Shown piece by piece: positions 54,797 to 63,755 of a stretch of DNA of 64,000 bases. The position numbers and the translations under genes are program-made. The DNA is from a virus. Below the pieces are notes generated by a model, which saw only the letters and a list, made by a program, of their open reading frames with translations, was not told the DNA's origin and searched no databases. The DNA is taken from IMG/VR virus record IMGVR_UViG_3300002092_000035, positions 27,155-91,154 of that record, one strand, 5' to 3'. How positions within the stretch are numbered: position 1 is the first letter of the stretch; the number at the start of each line of letters is the position of its first letter.

Positions 54797-55096
54797 TTCT
54801 GCTTCTACTTTAACTTGAAGAGGATATCCTTGCGCCCGGGCATCTAGCGTGACTTCAATTCCGCGTTGTTCAGCAATCTCAAATGGTAGAATCGCAACAA
54901 CAGCACTCCCGTTAAGATGGACATCATGAGTAATCTGAGTAGCAGTATCCGGATTATAATTGAAATACTCTACCAGAGAAGAGGTGACAAAGTCCATTGC
55001 AGTATGCTCATCATTCAGGTAAATTACCTTGAAGAGAGGTGGTTCTTTGAGGGCAATATTGGGCTTGATCTTATTAGTCGGTTCTGCATTTGACAT
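54785..55096 (-). CDS. clpS: Clp protease adaptor ClpS
   Basis: FKVI.LND..T.MDFV, VH..G.AVV...FEIAE, YPL. Confidence 0.92.
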   Translation of the reverse strand: MSNAEPTNKIKPNIALKEPPLFKVIYLNDEHTAMDFVTSSLVEYFNYNPDTATQITHDVHLNGSAVVAILPFEIAEQRGIEVTLDARAQGYPLQVKVEAESNG

Positions 55097-55115
55097 TGAA
55101 TTATTCCTTGATAAT

Positions 55116-55146
55116 TGTGCTTGTAGTCACCATGACTACAAGCACA
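55116..55146. other. Perfect 14-bp hairpin between hsp20 and clpS
   Basis: TGTGCTTGTAGTCA-CCA-TGACTACAAGCACA. Confidence 0.6.
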
Positions 55147-55158
55147 TTCTTATTTATA

Positions 55159-55605
55159 TCACTTAGTCTGCTTTATAGCAATCGTTTTGGGTCTTTGTTC
55201 AATAGGAATTTCACGAACTAGATAGATATTTAGTATACCTAATTCAAGGTTCGCTTCCTTGATCTCAACATGGTCAGCAAGCTGAAATTCCCTGCGGAAG
55301 TTTCGCTGACTCAATCCACGATGGATGAAGTTGGGCTCTACTTTACTGTCACTGACCGGCGCGGTTCCCGCAACGATCAGGAAGTTCTTATCCTTAGTCA
55401 CAGAGAGGTCATCTAGGTCAAACCCTGCAACGGCAAGCTGGACGCTGTATTCGTTGTCACTGATTTGAATTACATTGTAAGGGGGATAGTTGTCTCTTTG
55501 TTGAGTTGAGACTCGCTCAAGTTCATTGAAAATGTTGTCAAAACCGACACTGAACTTGTGAAGTGTTGGAATGTCAAAGGCACGTAGGGTTAGTTGATTA
55601 GTCAT
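55159..55605 (-). CDS. Small heat shock protein (IbpA-like Hsp20)
   Basis: GFD, NYPPYN, LAVAGF, HRG...R.F.R.F.LA, GIL.I.L.R.IP. Confidence 0.93.
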   Translation of the reverse strand: MTNQLTLRAFDIPTLHKFSVGFDNIFNELERVSTQQRDNYPPYNVIQISDNEYSVQLAVAGFDLDDLSVTKDKNFLIVAGTAPVSDSKVEPNFIHRGLSQRNFRREFQLADHVEIKEANLELGILNIYLVREIPIEQRPKTIAIKQTK

Positions 55606-55661
55606 TGTTTTATCTCCTTTTTAAGCAAGACTACTGTAGTAGACCTCAATGAGCATCTACA
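55606..55661 (-). promoter_or_regulatory. ROSE-like RNA thermometer
   Basis: Minus strand: hairpin GTAGATGCTC-ATT-GAGGTCTAC, then TCTTGCTT-AAAA-AAGGAGA pairing the SD with a bulged G. Confidence 0.65.
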
Positions 55662-55708
55662 ACAATATTTAGTATACATGATTGCGTAAAAAAATAAAGT
55701 ATTATGGG

Positions 55709-56908
55709 TTATAATATTGATTTTGGGTGATCGACCATATCAGAATCAATGATCAATTCTACTATGTCGTTTTCTTTATACTTTCTTATATGGAACATAT
55801 GGGACATCAATACCCGTTCTATCTCAGTGTGTAGGCCTCTAGCACCAGTATTCAAGTCTATGCAGTTCTGAGCAATCTTTCTGATAGCATCATCAGTGAA
55901 TGATAATTTTATGCCATCCAAATCAAACAGATATGCATACTGTGCGATGAAACTGTTTTTGACATCTGTCAATATGGAGACGAGTTCATCTAGTTTTAGG
56001 TCTGCAAGGGTGATCGTAGTCGTAAATCTGCCGATAAACTCAGGAATCATTCCGAATTTAGTCAAGTCATCCGGAACAACTGATGGTAGGTCGCTATTAT
56101 CATTCTTGTCCTTTATTTCAGCACCAAATCCAATAGATGATCCTCTAGTCCTGCTCTTGATTATGTTGTCAAGACCTACGAAGGCTCCTCCTGCAATGAA
56201 TAAGATATTCTTCGTGTCAACCTCAATCATATCCCCTTGAGGATGTTTTCTTTTCCCCGTAGCATTAACCCGACATCTAGTACCTTCTACTAACTTGAGC
56301 AACGCCTGCTGCACACCTTCTCCGGATACATCGCGGGTGATTGAACTACTCTCACTCTTTCGTGATATCTTATCTACTTCATCAATAAAGACGATTCCGT
56401 GTTCAGCGAGTTTAACATCATTGTTTGCCATAGATAATAGCATAGATATCATTCCTTCTACGTCTTCACCTACGTATCCTGCTTCGGTAAGGCTTGTGGC
56501 ATCTGCTACTACAAACGGCACATTAAGATACTTTGCTACTGATCTAGCAAGCAGAGTCTTTCCCGACCCAGTTGGACCTATAAGGAGCACATTTCCTTTT
56601 TGAATCTCTAGGTTTGGAGGAGGATTGTTGATACGCTTGTAGTGATTAGAAATTGCTACCGCTAAGACCTCTTTAGCATCGGTCTGTCCGATGACATGCT
56701 TGTCCAGGTGTTCCTTGATACTATATGCATCAAAATCCTTTAGATCAGGCTTGACAATCTGGTCAGTTTTCTTACCATCACCTATTAATTGGTTACACAA
56801 ATCCACACAGCCGCTACAGATTGCTACCTCTTCACTAACTATCAGCTTAGTTACTACATCCTTGTGATTTCCACAAAAAGAGCAATGCTGTAATGAAATG
56901 TCTACCAT
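55709..56908 (-). CDS. clpX: ATP-dependent Clp protease ATPase subunit
   Basis: CSFC..C..C zinc domain, GPTGSGKT, DEVDK, RDVSGEGVQ, RKH, IGF loop. Confidence 0.96.
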   Translation of the reverse strand: MVDISLQHCSFCGNHKDVVTKLIVSEEVAICSGCVDLCNQLIGDGKKTDQIVKPDLKDFDAYSIKEHLDKHVIGQTDAKEVLAVAISNHYKRINNPPPNLEIQKGNVLLIGPTGSGKTLLARSVAKYLNVPFVVADATSLTEAGYVGEDVEGMISMLLSMANNDVKLAEHGIVFIDEVDKISRKSESSSITRDVSGEGVQQALLKLVEGTRCRVNATGKRKHPQGDMIEVDTKNILFIAGGAFVGLDNIIKSRTRGSSIGFGAEIKDKNDNSDLPSVVPDDLTKFGMIPEFIGRFTTTITLADLKLDELVSILTDVKNSFIAQYAYLFDLDGIKLSFTDDAIRKIAQNCIDLNTGARGLHTEIERVLMSHMFHIRKYKENDIVELIIDSDMVDHPKSIL

Positions 56909-56917
56909 AATATTACC

Positions 56918-58384
56918 TTAAATACTGTTTTTACTTAAATAATTTTCTATCTGTGCTTTCTCGTTATCAGACAGCAATTCAACATCATATTCGCCGATCT
57001 CTATTTTCGTGACTAGATGTTTTATGTATTCTTCATCATATAGGTATGAATCAGAAACCTCTTTACTAATCTCAATCCACCTAGAACCGTCAAATTTGTA
57101 GACGCGATTAGGTAATACATCTACTCTTACAAAGATATCACCTTTAGCAGCAAATTGCGGGAAGGACGATCCAAAGTTAGTATTACTCGCAACTGTAGCA
57201 GGACGAGCCGCAAACATTTCCGGGTGCATCGTAGCGAGTGCTTGCTTACGCACCGACTTGCCATTAAACTCTACGTAGTCTTCACCGATCTGATTGAAGG
57301 TGACTCCTTCAGTTTTTATTGTTTCGTTTCTTTGTGCAGCCTGTTCTTGAGGCTGTTCCAATAATTTATTTGACTGATCTGCGTCGGAAGTATGTTCTTC
57401 ATATACATCTTCTCGACCTTCATCATCCAAGTCAATACCATCTGTCTGTATAATAGTAGCATCTTCCGTCTCCTCAGGTTGTTGCTCTTTAAAGGCTTTC
57501 GTGAAATCATTTTTTTCAAAATATTCAGACCATACCTGATTGTCATTCTCTTCATGTTCATCAGGGCGAGGTGCAGTGGTATCAGTAGTTTTTTCTGCTT
57601 TCTCGTCTTCCTCAAGCCACTTATAACTGCTCTGTGCTGCGAGCATGAGAGTCAGTGCAAGCGGGTCAAACACTAGCACAATAAGGATAATAACCCAGCG
57701 TACGGCTCGTTCTAATAGATCAGCACCAGGATTGTCACCGTAAATCAATGCAGCAATATATTTTATTGGTCCTACTTCTGCTTCAACCTTACGCACTTCC
57801 GCACGAACAGGAGCTGCTTCCTCGTTAGTCTTAGCGATCAACGACTGATCTGCTTGAATCTCTTGATCTAGTCTAGCGCGTTCACTGCGTTGTTGTCTAC
57901 GAACCGCCACTGCACGATTGGCACCTTTGTCATCAGTAGTACGACCGAGCAATTGATCAACCTGAGCATCCATCTGCTGTAATGCTTTGCGATTTGCGTC
58001 AATATTAGCGTTCGCGGTCGCGATCTTTTGATCAAACACTGCTACTCTAGCAGCAACATCACCGCTAACCAACGCTTGATCACTATGTGCCTTTGATAGG
58101 AATCCAAAGATACCCATGCTTGTTAGCAGTGCAAGAGAGATAACAGCGGGAATCAGATATACCCTCATCACCCAACTCGCACGATGCCAGTGTCTATGCA
58201 ACCAGACCGTAGTCACGACCTTAGCGAACTCAAGTGAGCCACCCATGATGATGATGGGGGACACTGCTGCGGCAAAGATCGCCATCAAGCCCTGGATAGA
58301 ATACCATGCCGCAACACTACTAAGCATAATCGCTACTAGCAGTGTTAACGTTGCAAAACTGAATATTTTTTTAAATAAATTCAT
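56918..58384 (-). CDS. Multi-pass membrane protein with coiled coil and acidic tail
   Basis: LE.AK, LTSMGIFGFLSKAH, EVGPIKY, VFDPLA. Confidence 0.75.
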   Translation of the reverse strand: MNLFKKIFSFATLTLLVAIMLSSVAAWYSIQGLMAIFAAAVSPIIIMGGSLEFAKVVTTVWLHRHWHRASWVMRVYLIPAVISLALLTSMGIFGFLSKAHSDQALVSGDVAARVAVFDQKIATANANIDANRKALQQMDAQVDQLLGRTTDDKGANRAVAVRRQQRSERARLDQEIQADQSLIAKTNEEAAPVRAEVRKVEAEVGPIKYIAALIYGDNPGADLLERAVRWVIILIVLVFDPLALTLMLAAQSSYKWLEEDEKAEKTTDTTAPRPDEHEENDNQVWSEYFEKNDFTKAFKEQQPEETEDATIIQTDGIDLDDEGREDVYEEHTSDADQSNKLLEQPQEQAAQRNETIKTEGVTFNQIGEDYVEFNGKSVRKQALATMHPEMFAARPATVASNTNFGSSFPQFAAKGDIFVRVDVLPNRVYKFDGSRWIEISKEVSDSYLYDEEYIKHLVTKIEIGEYDVELLSDNEKAQIENYLSKNSI

Positions 58385-58427
58385 CAAGTATTTAGCGATA
58401 CCTGTTCAGGTAAAACTATTATCTTAT

Positions 58428-58662
58428 CTAAAAAAGATGTCCATAAGTGATGGTAAATTCTTCCAACATCATGACAAGCTTTCTAGGAATGCCGGGACCC
58501 TGTGAGACATGATAGGTCACCCAAGGGCCACCGTCTCGCGACTTGATTTGAATTACTTCAATCATGTCGCCGTCTTCAAATACATACTTTTTCCCTACGA
58601 ATTTCTCAATCTCTTCAGGGGTAGCTTCGGGAAACGGTTCTCTCTCGTCATTATCGTCACTC
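58428..58662 (-). CDS. Hypothetical protein (start approximate)
   Basis: MSDDNDE...Y.FEDGD.IEV.QIK...PGIPRKL. Confidence 0.55.
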
Positions 58663-59032
58663 ATGCAGATAGTGTCCTCCATACTTCTTCTTTTCTGCCA
58701 AATATAAGGTCGCATCGTTCTAAAATCGCACGACGATTATATTCTGGAATCTCTGTCCATAGTTCAACTTTTTTATAGCTACCATATGCTTCCTCAGGCA
58801 TATGGTTTTGCATCCAACCACTCATCGCAGTCAAAGCCGAAATGGTGTTATTAGGGTGGCTCCGAAGCATAGCCCCCATGAAATCATTGGCTAATGCAGA
58901 ATGAAAGAACGACCCTGGATAGTATCCATATACGAGATAATTGTAAATGGGCCCGCGGAAATCTGGACTAACATACCAGTTGTCAAATGTGCTGAATAGC
59001 CGATCTTCGCTGACTTTTGCTAGTTTCATCAT
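58661..59032 (-). CDS. Conserved phage hypothetical protein
   Basis: Y..YG..PGSF..S.LAND...A. Confidence 0.7.
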   Translation of the reverse strand: MMKLAKVSEDRLFSTFDNWYVSPDFRGPIYNYLVYGYYPGSFFHSALANDFMGAMLRSHPNNTISALTAMSGWMQNHMPEEAYGSYKKVELWTEIPEYNRRAILERCDLIFGRKEEVWRTLSA

Positions 59033-59190
59033 AGTGCCATGACTAAATTAAATCCTGGTAATCCCAGATACCACAATGTTGGCATTTTAGATGTACTCGT
59101 GTACCTGTAGCTCCGGCGGCATTTTCTAATCTTCGGGTCTCAACCGTCTCCCACTTATGGATGTGGCCGATAAACAGAAATTGTAAAAGT

Positions 59191-59454
59191 CTAAGCATTA
59201 TCTTCGTCCTCCTCATCAACACTAAATGTGTCTTCGTATACATCATCGGGGAAATCATTAACTAAGCGAGTATGGTCCTCGGGATTATCAAATACAAACA
59301 TGTCCCAGGGCCAGTCCATACGGATAAATCGGTACGATGATTTTGGAACCCATTCATCATAGAACTTTGAATATCTTAGACCTATGCCTCTGCAAGCATA
59401 TTCTCTAATGCCCTCTTCGTTGATATACCAAACAAATCCTATAACATCATCCAT
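59191..59454 (-). CDS. Hypothetical protein
   Basis: 87 aa with GAGG SD. Confidence 0.6.
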   Translation of the reverse strand: MDDVIGFVWYINEEGIREYACRGIGLRYSKFYDEWVPKSSYRFIRMDWPWDMFVFDNPEDHTRLVNDFPDDVYEDTFSVDEEDEDNA

Positions 59455-59481
59455 TTTTTCCTCGCATGTTGTTTACGAAGA

Positions 59482-60834
59482 TCACTTATCGTACCTAAAT
59501 GACTTGAACCTAGGGAACCGCAAACTGTAGGATCCGCTCTGGTTGAGTGTTATCGCATCTGCCATCACTACGGCCGAACGCCCGATCACATCATTTCGGT
59601 TATCCCAATATTCTTGTCGCTCAACGTCTGTAAATCCGCTGCCTACATTAACTACGATGTGTTTCCCGTCATCAACTCCTTCGCAGACTAATGCTCCCAT
59701 TCTTCCCTTGTTCTTTCCAGTGCCAGGTTCAACTCCGATAACAACAAGATCGTAATCATGTACTGGTTTATACTTCATCCAGGCAGTGCTACGCTTGCAC
59801 TCATACGGAGAATCCAGATCCTTGATCAGGATGCCCTCAAATCCTGCATTAACCTGGTCCTTAGCATAACGCTCAAGCTGGTTCTTACCTTCATAGGTAT
59901 CAAGATCAACCATCAGATGGGGCAACAGTTCAACATTAGGCATCGTCTCTACGACTGATCGCAGGGACTCTAGGATATCTATTCGCTTACCCAACGGATG
60001 ATTCCACTTGCCATTCTTAAAGTCGCTCAACGGAATGACATCAAAGATATTGAATACCGAATCAGTAGCCTGCACATCTTCCTTACGACGAGTCTGACGC
60101 ATGAGTTCTTGGAAAGTGTTGCCGATCACTTCGCCATCAAAGACGCAGCCGTCAGTCATGAAACGGCCCTGATCAACTGTAGACGCAGCCTGACACATCG
60201 CTTCAAACGCTTCTAGCACTTGATCTTCAATGTGAGTGAAGTTCTCAAAAACTTTTCCGTTACGGCTATAACAGACTGCCGTCCCCACTAGTGGACCTGA
60301 AGTAGAGGTGACAGTGAGCAGCACACGGACACCGTCCAACTTTGGTTCAAGCCGCTTTGTGCCCTTCATCTCTGGGCGACCTTCAGAGTTAGTCGCAAGC
60401 TGACAACCGAACATCGGAATCTCATATACAGTCTTTTTGCAAACCTTGTTGATAGTCTTATCGCTGATGCCAGAACGCATGTCACGACGAAGAATAGGGG
60501 CAAGGAATGTGTTCCATTCGTCGCTATCAAATCGTTCTGCCATACTTTGCAACGCATCACGAGCAGCGTGACCAGTCAAGGTGCGACTAGACAACTGATT
60601 AGTCACCGATGTGAACTCATCCCAAGGATTCTCAGCGTCAACAATTCCAACGGTGACAGGAATCTGCTTAACTCCGTAAGTAATATACGGGTTATAGCAA
60701 AGCCAAAGCCCGAGCAGAAATCGCTTAGAAATCTCATTACCTAGATTTGCAGCAGTCAATGCTTGAAGAATAACATCTTCTTTGTAGAGCCTACTGTCAC
60801 TCTCATTCAACTTATTAATCCAAGATGCACTCAT
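59482..60834 (-). CDS. ATP-dependent DNA ligase
   Basis: EPKLDGVR, FDGE, FD, EGILIK, KR...W.K.K, VGSGF, SLRFPRF..R.DK. Confidence 0.95.
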   Translation of the reverse strand: MSASWINKLNESDSRLYKEDVILQALTAANLGNEISKRFLLGLWLCYNPYITYGVKQIPVTVGIVDAENPWDEFTSVTNQLSSRTLTGHAARDALQSMAERFDSDEWNTFLAPILRRDMRSGISDKTINKVCKKTVYEIPMFGCQLATNSEGRPEMKGTKRLEPKLDGVRVLLTVTSTSGPLVGTAVCYSRNGKVFENFTHIEDQVLEAFEAMCQAASTVDQGRFMTDGCVFDGEVIGNTFQELMRQTRRKEDVQATDSVFNIFDVIPLSDFKNGKWNHPLGKRIDILESLRSVVETMPNVELLPHLMVDLDTYEGKNQLERYAKDQVNAGFEGILIKDLDSPYECKRSTAWMKYKPVHDYDLVVIGVEPGTGKNKGRMGALVCEGVDDGKHIVVNVGSGFTDVERQEYWDNRNDVIGRSAVVMADAITLNQSGSYSLRFPRFKSFRYDK

Positions 60835-61049
60835 TGTCCAACTCCGAAATGATTTAGCAAATCTTCCGGTTCAGGATGCCAAGCATTGTTAGAGTCATCA
60901 TAACCAGAATTTTCGTCAATAAACTTAGCACATTCCCGCACAATCAACTCTGCAAACTTCTCACAGAAAGAATCTGGAATCTCATAAGCACCTTGAGGAA
61001 TGCTAGCAATCGCCTTTTCAACAAGTTCTTCAATCATTTGCTTGTTCAT
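60831..61049 (-). CDS. Hypothetical protein
   Basis: EKFAELIVREC motif; coupled start/stop. Confidence 0.7.
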   Translation of the reverse strand: MNKQMIEELVEKAIASIPQGAYEIPDSFCEKFAELIVRECAKFIDENSGYDDSNNAWHPEPEDLLNHFGVGQ

Positions 61050-61393
61050 TTTGTATCCACTTTCTCATTCTTCAACAGCCGGACCAACTGACGATTACGC
61101 TCATCTTGCTCTTTGCGAGAACGCTTCTTATTGTCACTTAGTCTTAGTAATATATCATACTCCCTGGCCCATGTCAAGCCTTGAAGCCAAATCCGTGTGT
61201 CTTCAATCGTGCCCACGAACATCACAGCATTCCGGGCATAGGTCGGAAGACTATCCGCATCCTTAGGAATCAATGCTATCGCATCGTGAGTATTAGACCA
61301 CATTCTGCCCTCAGCAGCCACGATCTTGAGACCAATCTTATCAAGTGCTTCTTCAAGCTTACGGATTTCTTGAATTGTATTCCAACCAGTCAT
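61046..61393 (-). CDS. Hypothetical protein
   Basis: 115 aa in operon. Confidence 0.7.
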   Translation of the reverse strand: MTGWNTIQEIRKLEEALDKIGLKIVAAEGRMWSNTHDAIALIPKDADSLPTYARNAVMFVGTIEDTRIWLQGLTWAREYDILLRLSDNKKRSRKEQDERNRQLVRLLKNEKVDTK

Positions 61394-61394
61394 T

Positions 61395-61682
61395 TTACAC
61401 CTTTAACATTGCCCAAAGTTTAGTCTTCTCAAGATCAGACTGAAACTCAGGATACACCTCATCAAGTTCATATTTCTGAACTTCCTTGTATCCTTTACGC
61501 AGCTTAGAACTGATCAAGGTAACTATATCCCAATTGCTACTTTCAACAATCTTAGACTGTAGCTTCGCCCCGCGGCGTCCCCAAAAAGTAACATAGGACT
61601 GTGAATGAAGGTAAATAACAACCCAGACCTTATCGTGGGAGTCTTCTCTACACCAACCGATGAATTTATAATTCATGATCAA
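61395..61682 (-). CDS. WGR-like domain protein
   Basis: DKVW...FWGRRG...K..KGY. Confidence 0.65.
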   Translation of the reverse strand: MIMNYKFIGWCREDSHDKVWVVIYLHSQSYVTFWGRRGAKLQSKIVESSNWDIVTLISSKLRKGYKEVQKYELDEVYPEFQSDLEKTKLWAMLKV

Positions 61683-61688
61683 CCTCTA

Positions 61689-62030
61689 TTAAAACGGAAT
61701 TTCTTCTTCTTCGGTGTAATCTGCTTTAACATCGTCAACATAGATCCAATCTCGGACCTCACCGCCTGTTAACACAACTTGCTCGTTGATCCAAACCAAT
61801 ACTTCATTGTAATGATAACGACTGAATGGAGCCCGCCCTTGCCAGATCAACTTACCATAGTGAGTTTCTTCGGTATAATCCACATATATTTCATGCTTTT
61901 GAGGGTCATAGATTCCTGTCCATAATCCGTTAATTACCTCAAAAGCGATGCGGCCGTCTGATAACACGCTGCATTGTTCGCACCAGAGAGTTGCGTTACC
62001 TTTTTCATCACCTATTGCAAATTGCATCAC
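61689..62030 (-). CDS. Hypothetical protein
   Basis: Acidic tail ending EEEEIPF. Confidence 0.65.
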   Translation of the reverse strand: MMQFAIGDEKGNATLWCEQCSVLSDGRIAFEVINGLWTGIYDPQKHEIYVDYTEETHYGKLIWQGRAPFSRYHYNEVLVWINEQVVLTGGEVRDWIYVDDVKADYTEEEEIPF

Positions 62031-62146
62031 ATAATACTTAAAAAATACAAGAAGCGAACAAGCCAGTACACCTAGGGAATTTACAACCCATTTAAGGGAG
62101 ACCCAATTTACGAAATACCACCCGGGACTTGTCCGCTTCTCGTAAC

Positions 62147-62809
62147 TTAAAACACCTTCACATAGTTAAGCTGGGTGCTATCTTCATACTGATCGCGATG
62201 AGATTTGACCTTGCCAGTGCCATTAATGTTGGCACCGACTTCCAACCGATTACGATGAGCAAAGAAGACCACTTTATCGTCAGGGGTGATAGCGGTAACG
62301 AAGTAAGTATTCCAATTCTCTGAATAGTTGCAACGAAGAACCTCAAGAGTAAAATCAATCTTGTCGCCAACCTGACCAACAAACCCAAGAGCATTCTTGA
62401 TACGAGCGTCAGTGATTAGGCGATCAGTTGCACGGATATATGTAGCAGGAAGCGAAGATATGATAGCAATATCATAGTTGCTGTCAATCGTTTCCTTCTG
62501 AACAATACTAAGCATGGACTTTTCAAAGGCAGAAAGTTTGCGATCAGAAAGCATCTTGAAAGTCAGGCTCTTGCAAAACTGAATGACCTTCTCACTAAAT
62601 TCGCGATCCTCGTCACGAATGTCAAATGAACCAGCAAGAAACTGAAGAACGAGAGTCTTGTTAGGAAGACGAATGACATTACCCTCATCATCGGTATTAC
62701 CGATCTTGAGATAACCGCAATTGGCACGATGTGCAGCACACGCAGCAGCAAAAACATCAGCAGTCTTGTATGAGGTTCGGGTGTACGAGCTTCGACCATA
62801 ACGAGACAT
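62147..62809 (-). CDS. Hypothetical protein with C-terminal OB-like fold
   Basis: G.VGDK...G.VK.H...TQLNYVK; GAAGGA SD. Confidence 0.7.
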   Translation of the reverse strand: MSRYGRSSYTRTSYKTADVFAAACAAHRANCGYLKIGNTDDEGNVIRLPNKTLVLQFLAGSFDIRDEDREFSEKVIQFCKSLTFKMLSDRKLSAFEKSMLSIVQKETIDSNYDIAIISSLPATYIRATDRLITDARIKNALGFVGQVGDKIDFTLEVLRCNYSENWNTYFVTAITPDDKVVFFAHRNRLEVGANINGTGKVKSHRDQYEDSTQLNYVKVF

Positions 62810-62841
62810 TTGCGAATTCCTTCGTTTCAAACTATGATCTT

Positions 62842-62870
62842 AATATACTACTTCTTTACGCGACTGTCAA
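62842..62870 (-). promoter_or_regulatory. Sigma70 promoter
   Basis: TTGACA-17-TATATT. Confidence 0.7.
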
Positions 62871-62998
62871 GCCTAAAAATACGATTTTTTAGGAGACGGA
62901 ACAAGCGTTGCGGCATACCGAATCTATAAGCCCAAGCGAAGTCCATAACAACGAGACCGGCCAGGAAAGGGAGAATGATGTTCAACATGTGATATTCC

Positions 62999-63319
62999 TT
63001 AATCTATAATTTCAGTTGCGGTCGTTGTAGTAGTGAACCTCACCACACCAATCTTGCTCTCATTAGTATTGACACTTTTAGTCAACCAGGCCCCCCTAGC
63101 ATACTTAGCCTGCGATTCTGCTTCTTCTTGAGTAGTGAATTCGTATCCGAAGTAGTTATGTCGCATAGGTTCCCAGTAATAGGGATTGCAACCAGATGCA
63201 CTATGGTCATAGCATACAACCATGATGCATTCTTCACCTTCACGATTGATTCCGGGGGCATACGGAAAATAACCGACCCGCTCTTTATTCTGATTTTGAT
63301 TAGTAAGATTGAAAACCAT
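62999..63319 (-). CDS. Hypothetical protein
   Basis: 106 aa with AAGGA SD. Confidence 0.65.
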   Translation of the reverse strand: MVFNLTNQNQNKERVGYFPYAPGINREGEECIMVVCYDHSASGCNPYYWEPMRHNYFGYEFTTQEEAESQAKYARGAWLTKSVNTNESKIGVVRFTTTTTATEIID

Positions 63320-63331
63320 ATTATGTTTTCC

Positions 63332-63457
63332 TTAATCGCAGGGTTTGAGTTTCTTACGAGAATACGCCTTCTTGGAGGAGATCACACGCATCTTATACTT
63401 AGGTGTGCGAAGGTCCTTAGCGATTGCGTTATGTTTAGCAAGACCGTTTTTAGACAT
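63332..63457 (-). CDS. ArfA-like small basic protein (41 aa, below the ORF track cutoff)
   Basis: MSKNGLAKHNAIAKDLRTPKYKMRVISSKKAYSRKKLKPCD; AGGAG SD. Confidence 0.6.
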   Translation of the reverse strand: MSKNGLAKHNAIAKDLRTPKYKMRVISSKKAYSRKKLKPCD

Positions 63458-63483
63458 CTTCTTTCTCCTGACAAGCAATGTAT

Positions 63484-63690
63484 TTATTTGAATTGAACGA
63501 GCCAACCAGCTGCAAAATCTTGAATAACTTCATCTGCTTCAAGATATCGGGCCTTGTCACGGATCGCATCTTGAACATCAAGGACATCATCTTCAACCAG
63601 ACCAAAGCGACGAAGATCGTCTAGGTATCCGGAAAGACCATCATCACTCAGAGTCTTTTTAGAAAAATCAACTTCAATAACTTGTCCCAT
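63484..63690 (-). CDS. Hypothetical protein
   Basis: AAGGAG SD; promoter TTGACA-17-TATTAT at 63721-63749. Confidence 0.7.
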   Translation of the reverse strand: MGQVIEVDFSKKTLSDDGLSGYLDDLRRFGLVEDDVLDVQDAIRDKARYLEADEVIQDFAAGWLVQFK

Positions 63691-63755
63691 GTCCGACTCC
63701 TTGAACTCATCTTATAATTCATAATAGCAGGGTAGGTTGCCGATGTCAACCGGTA

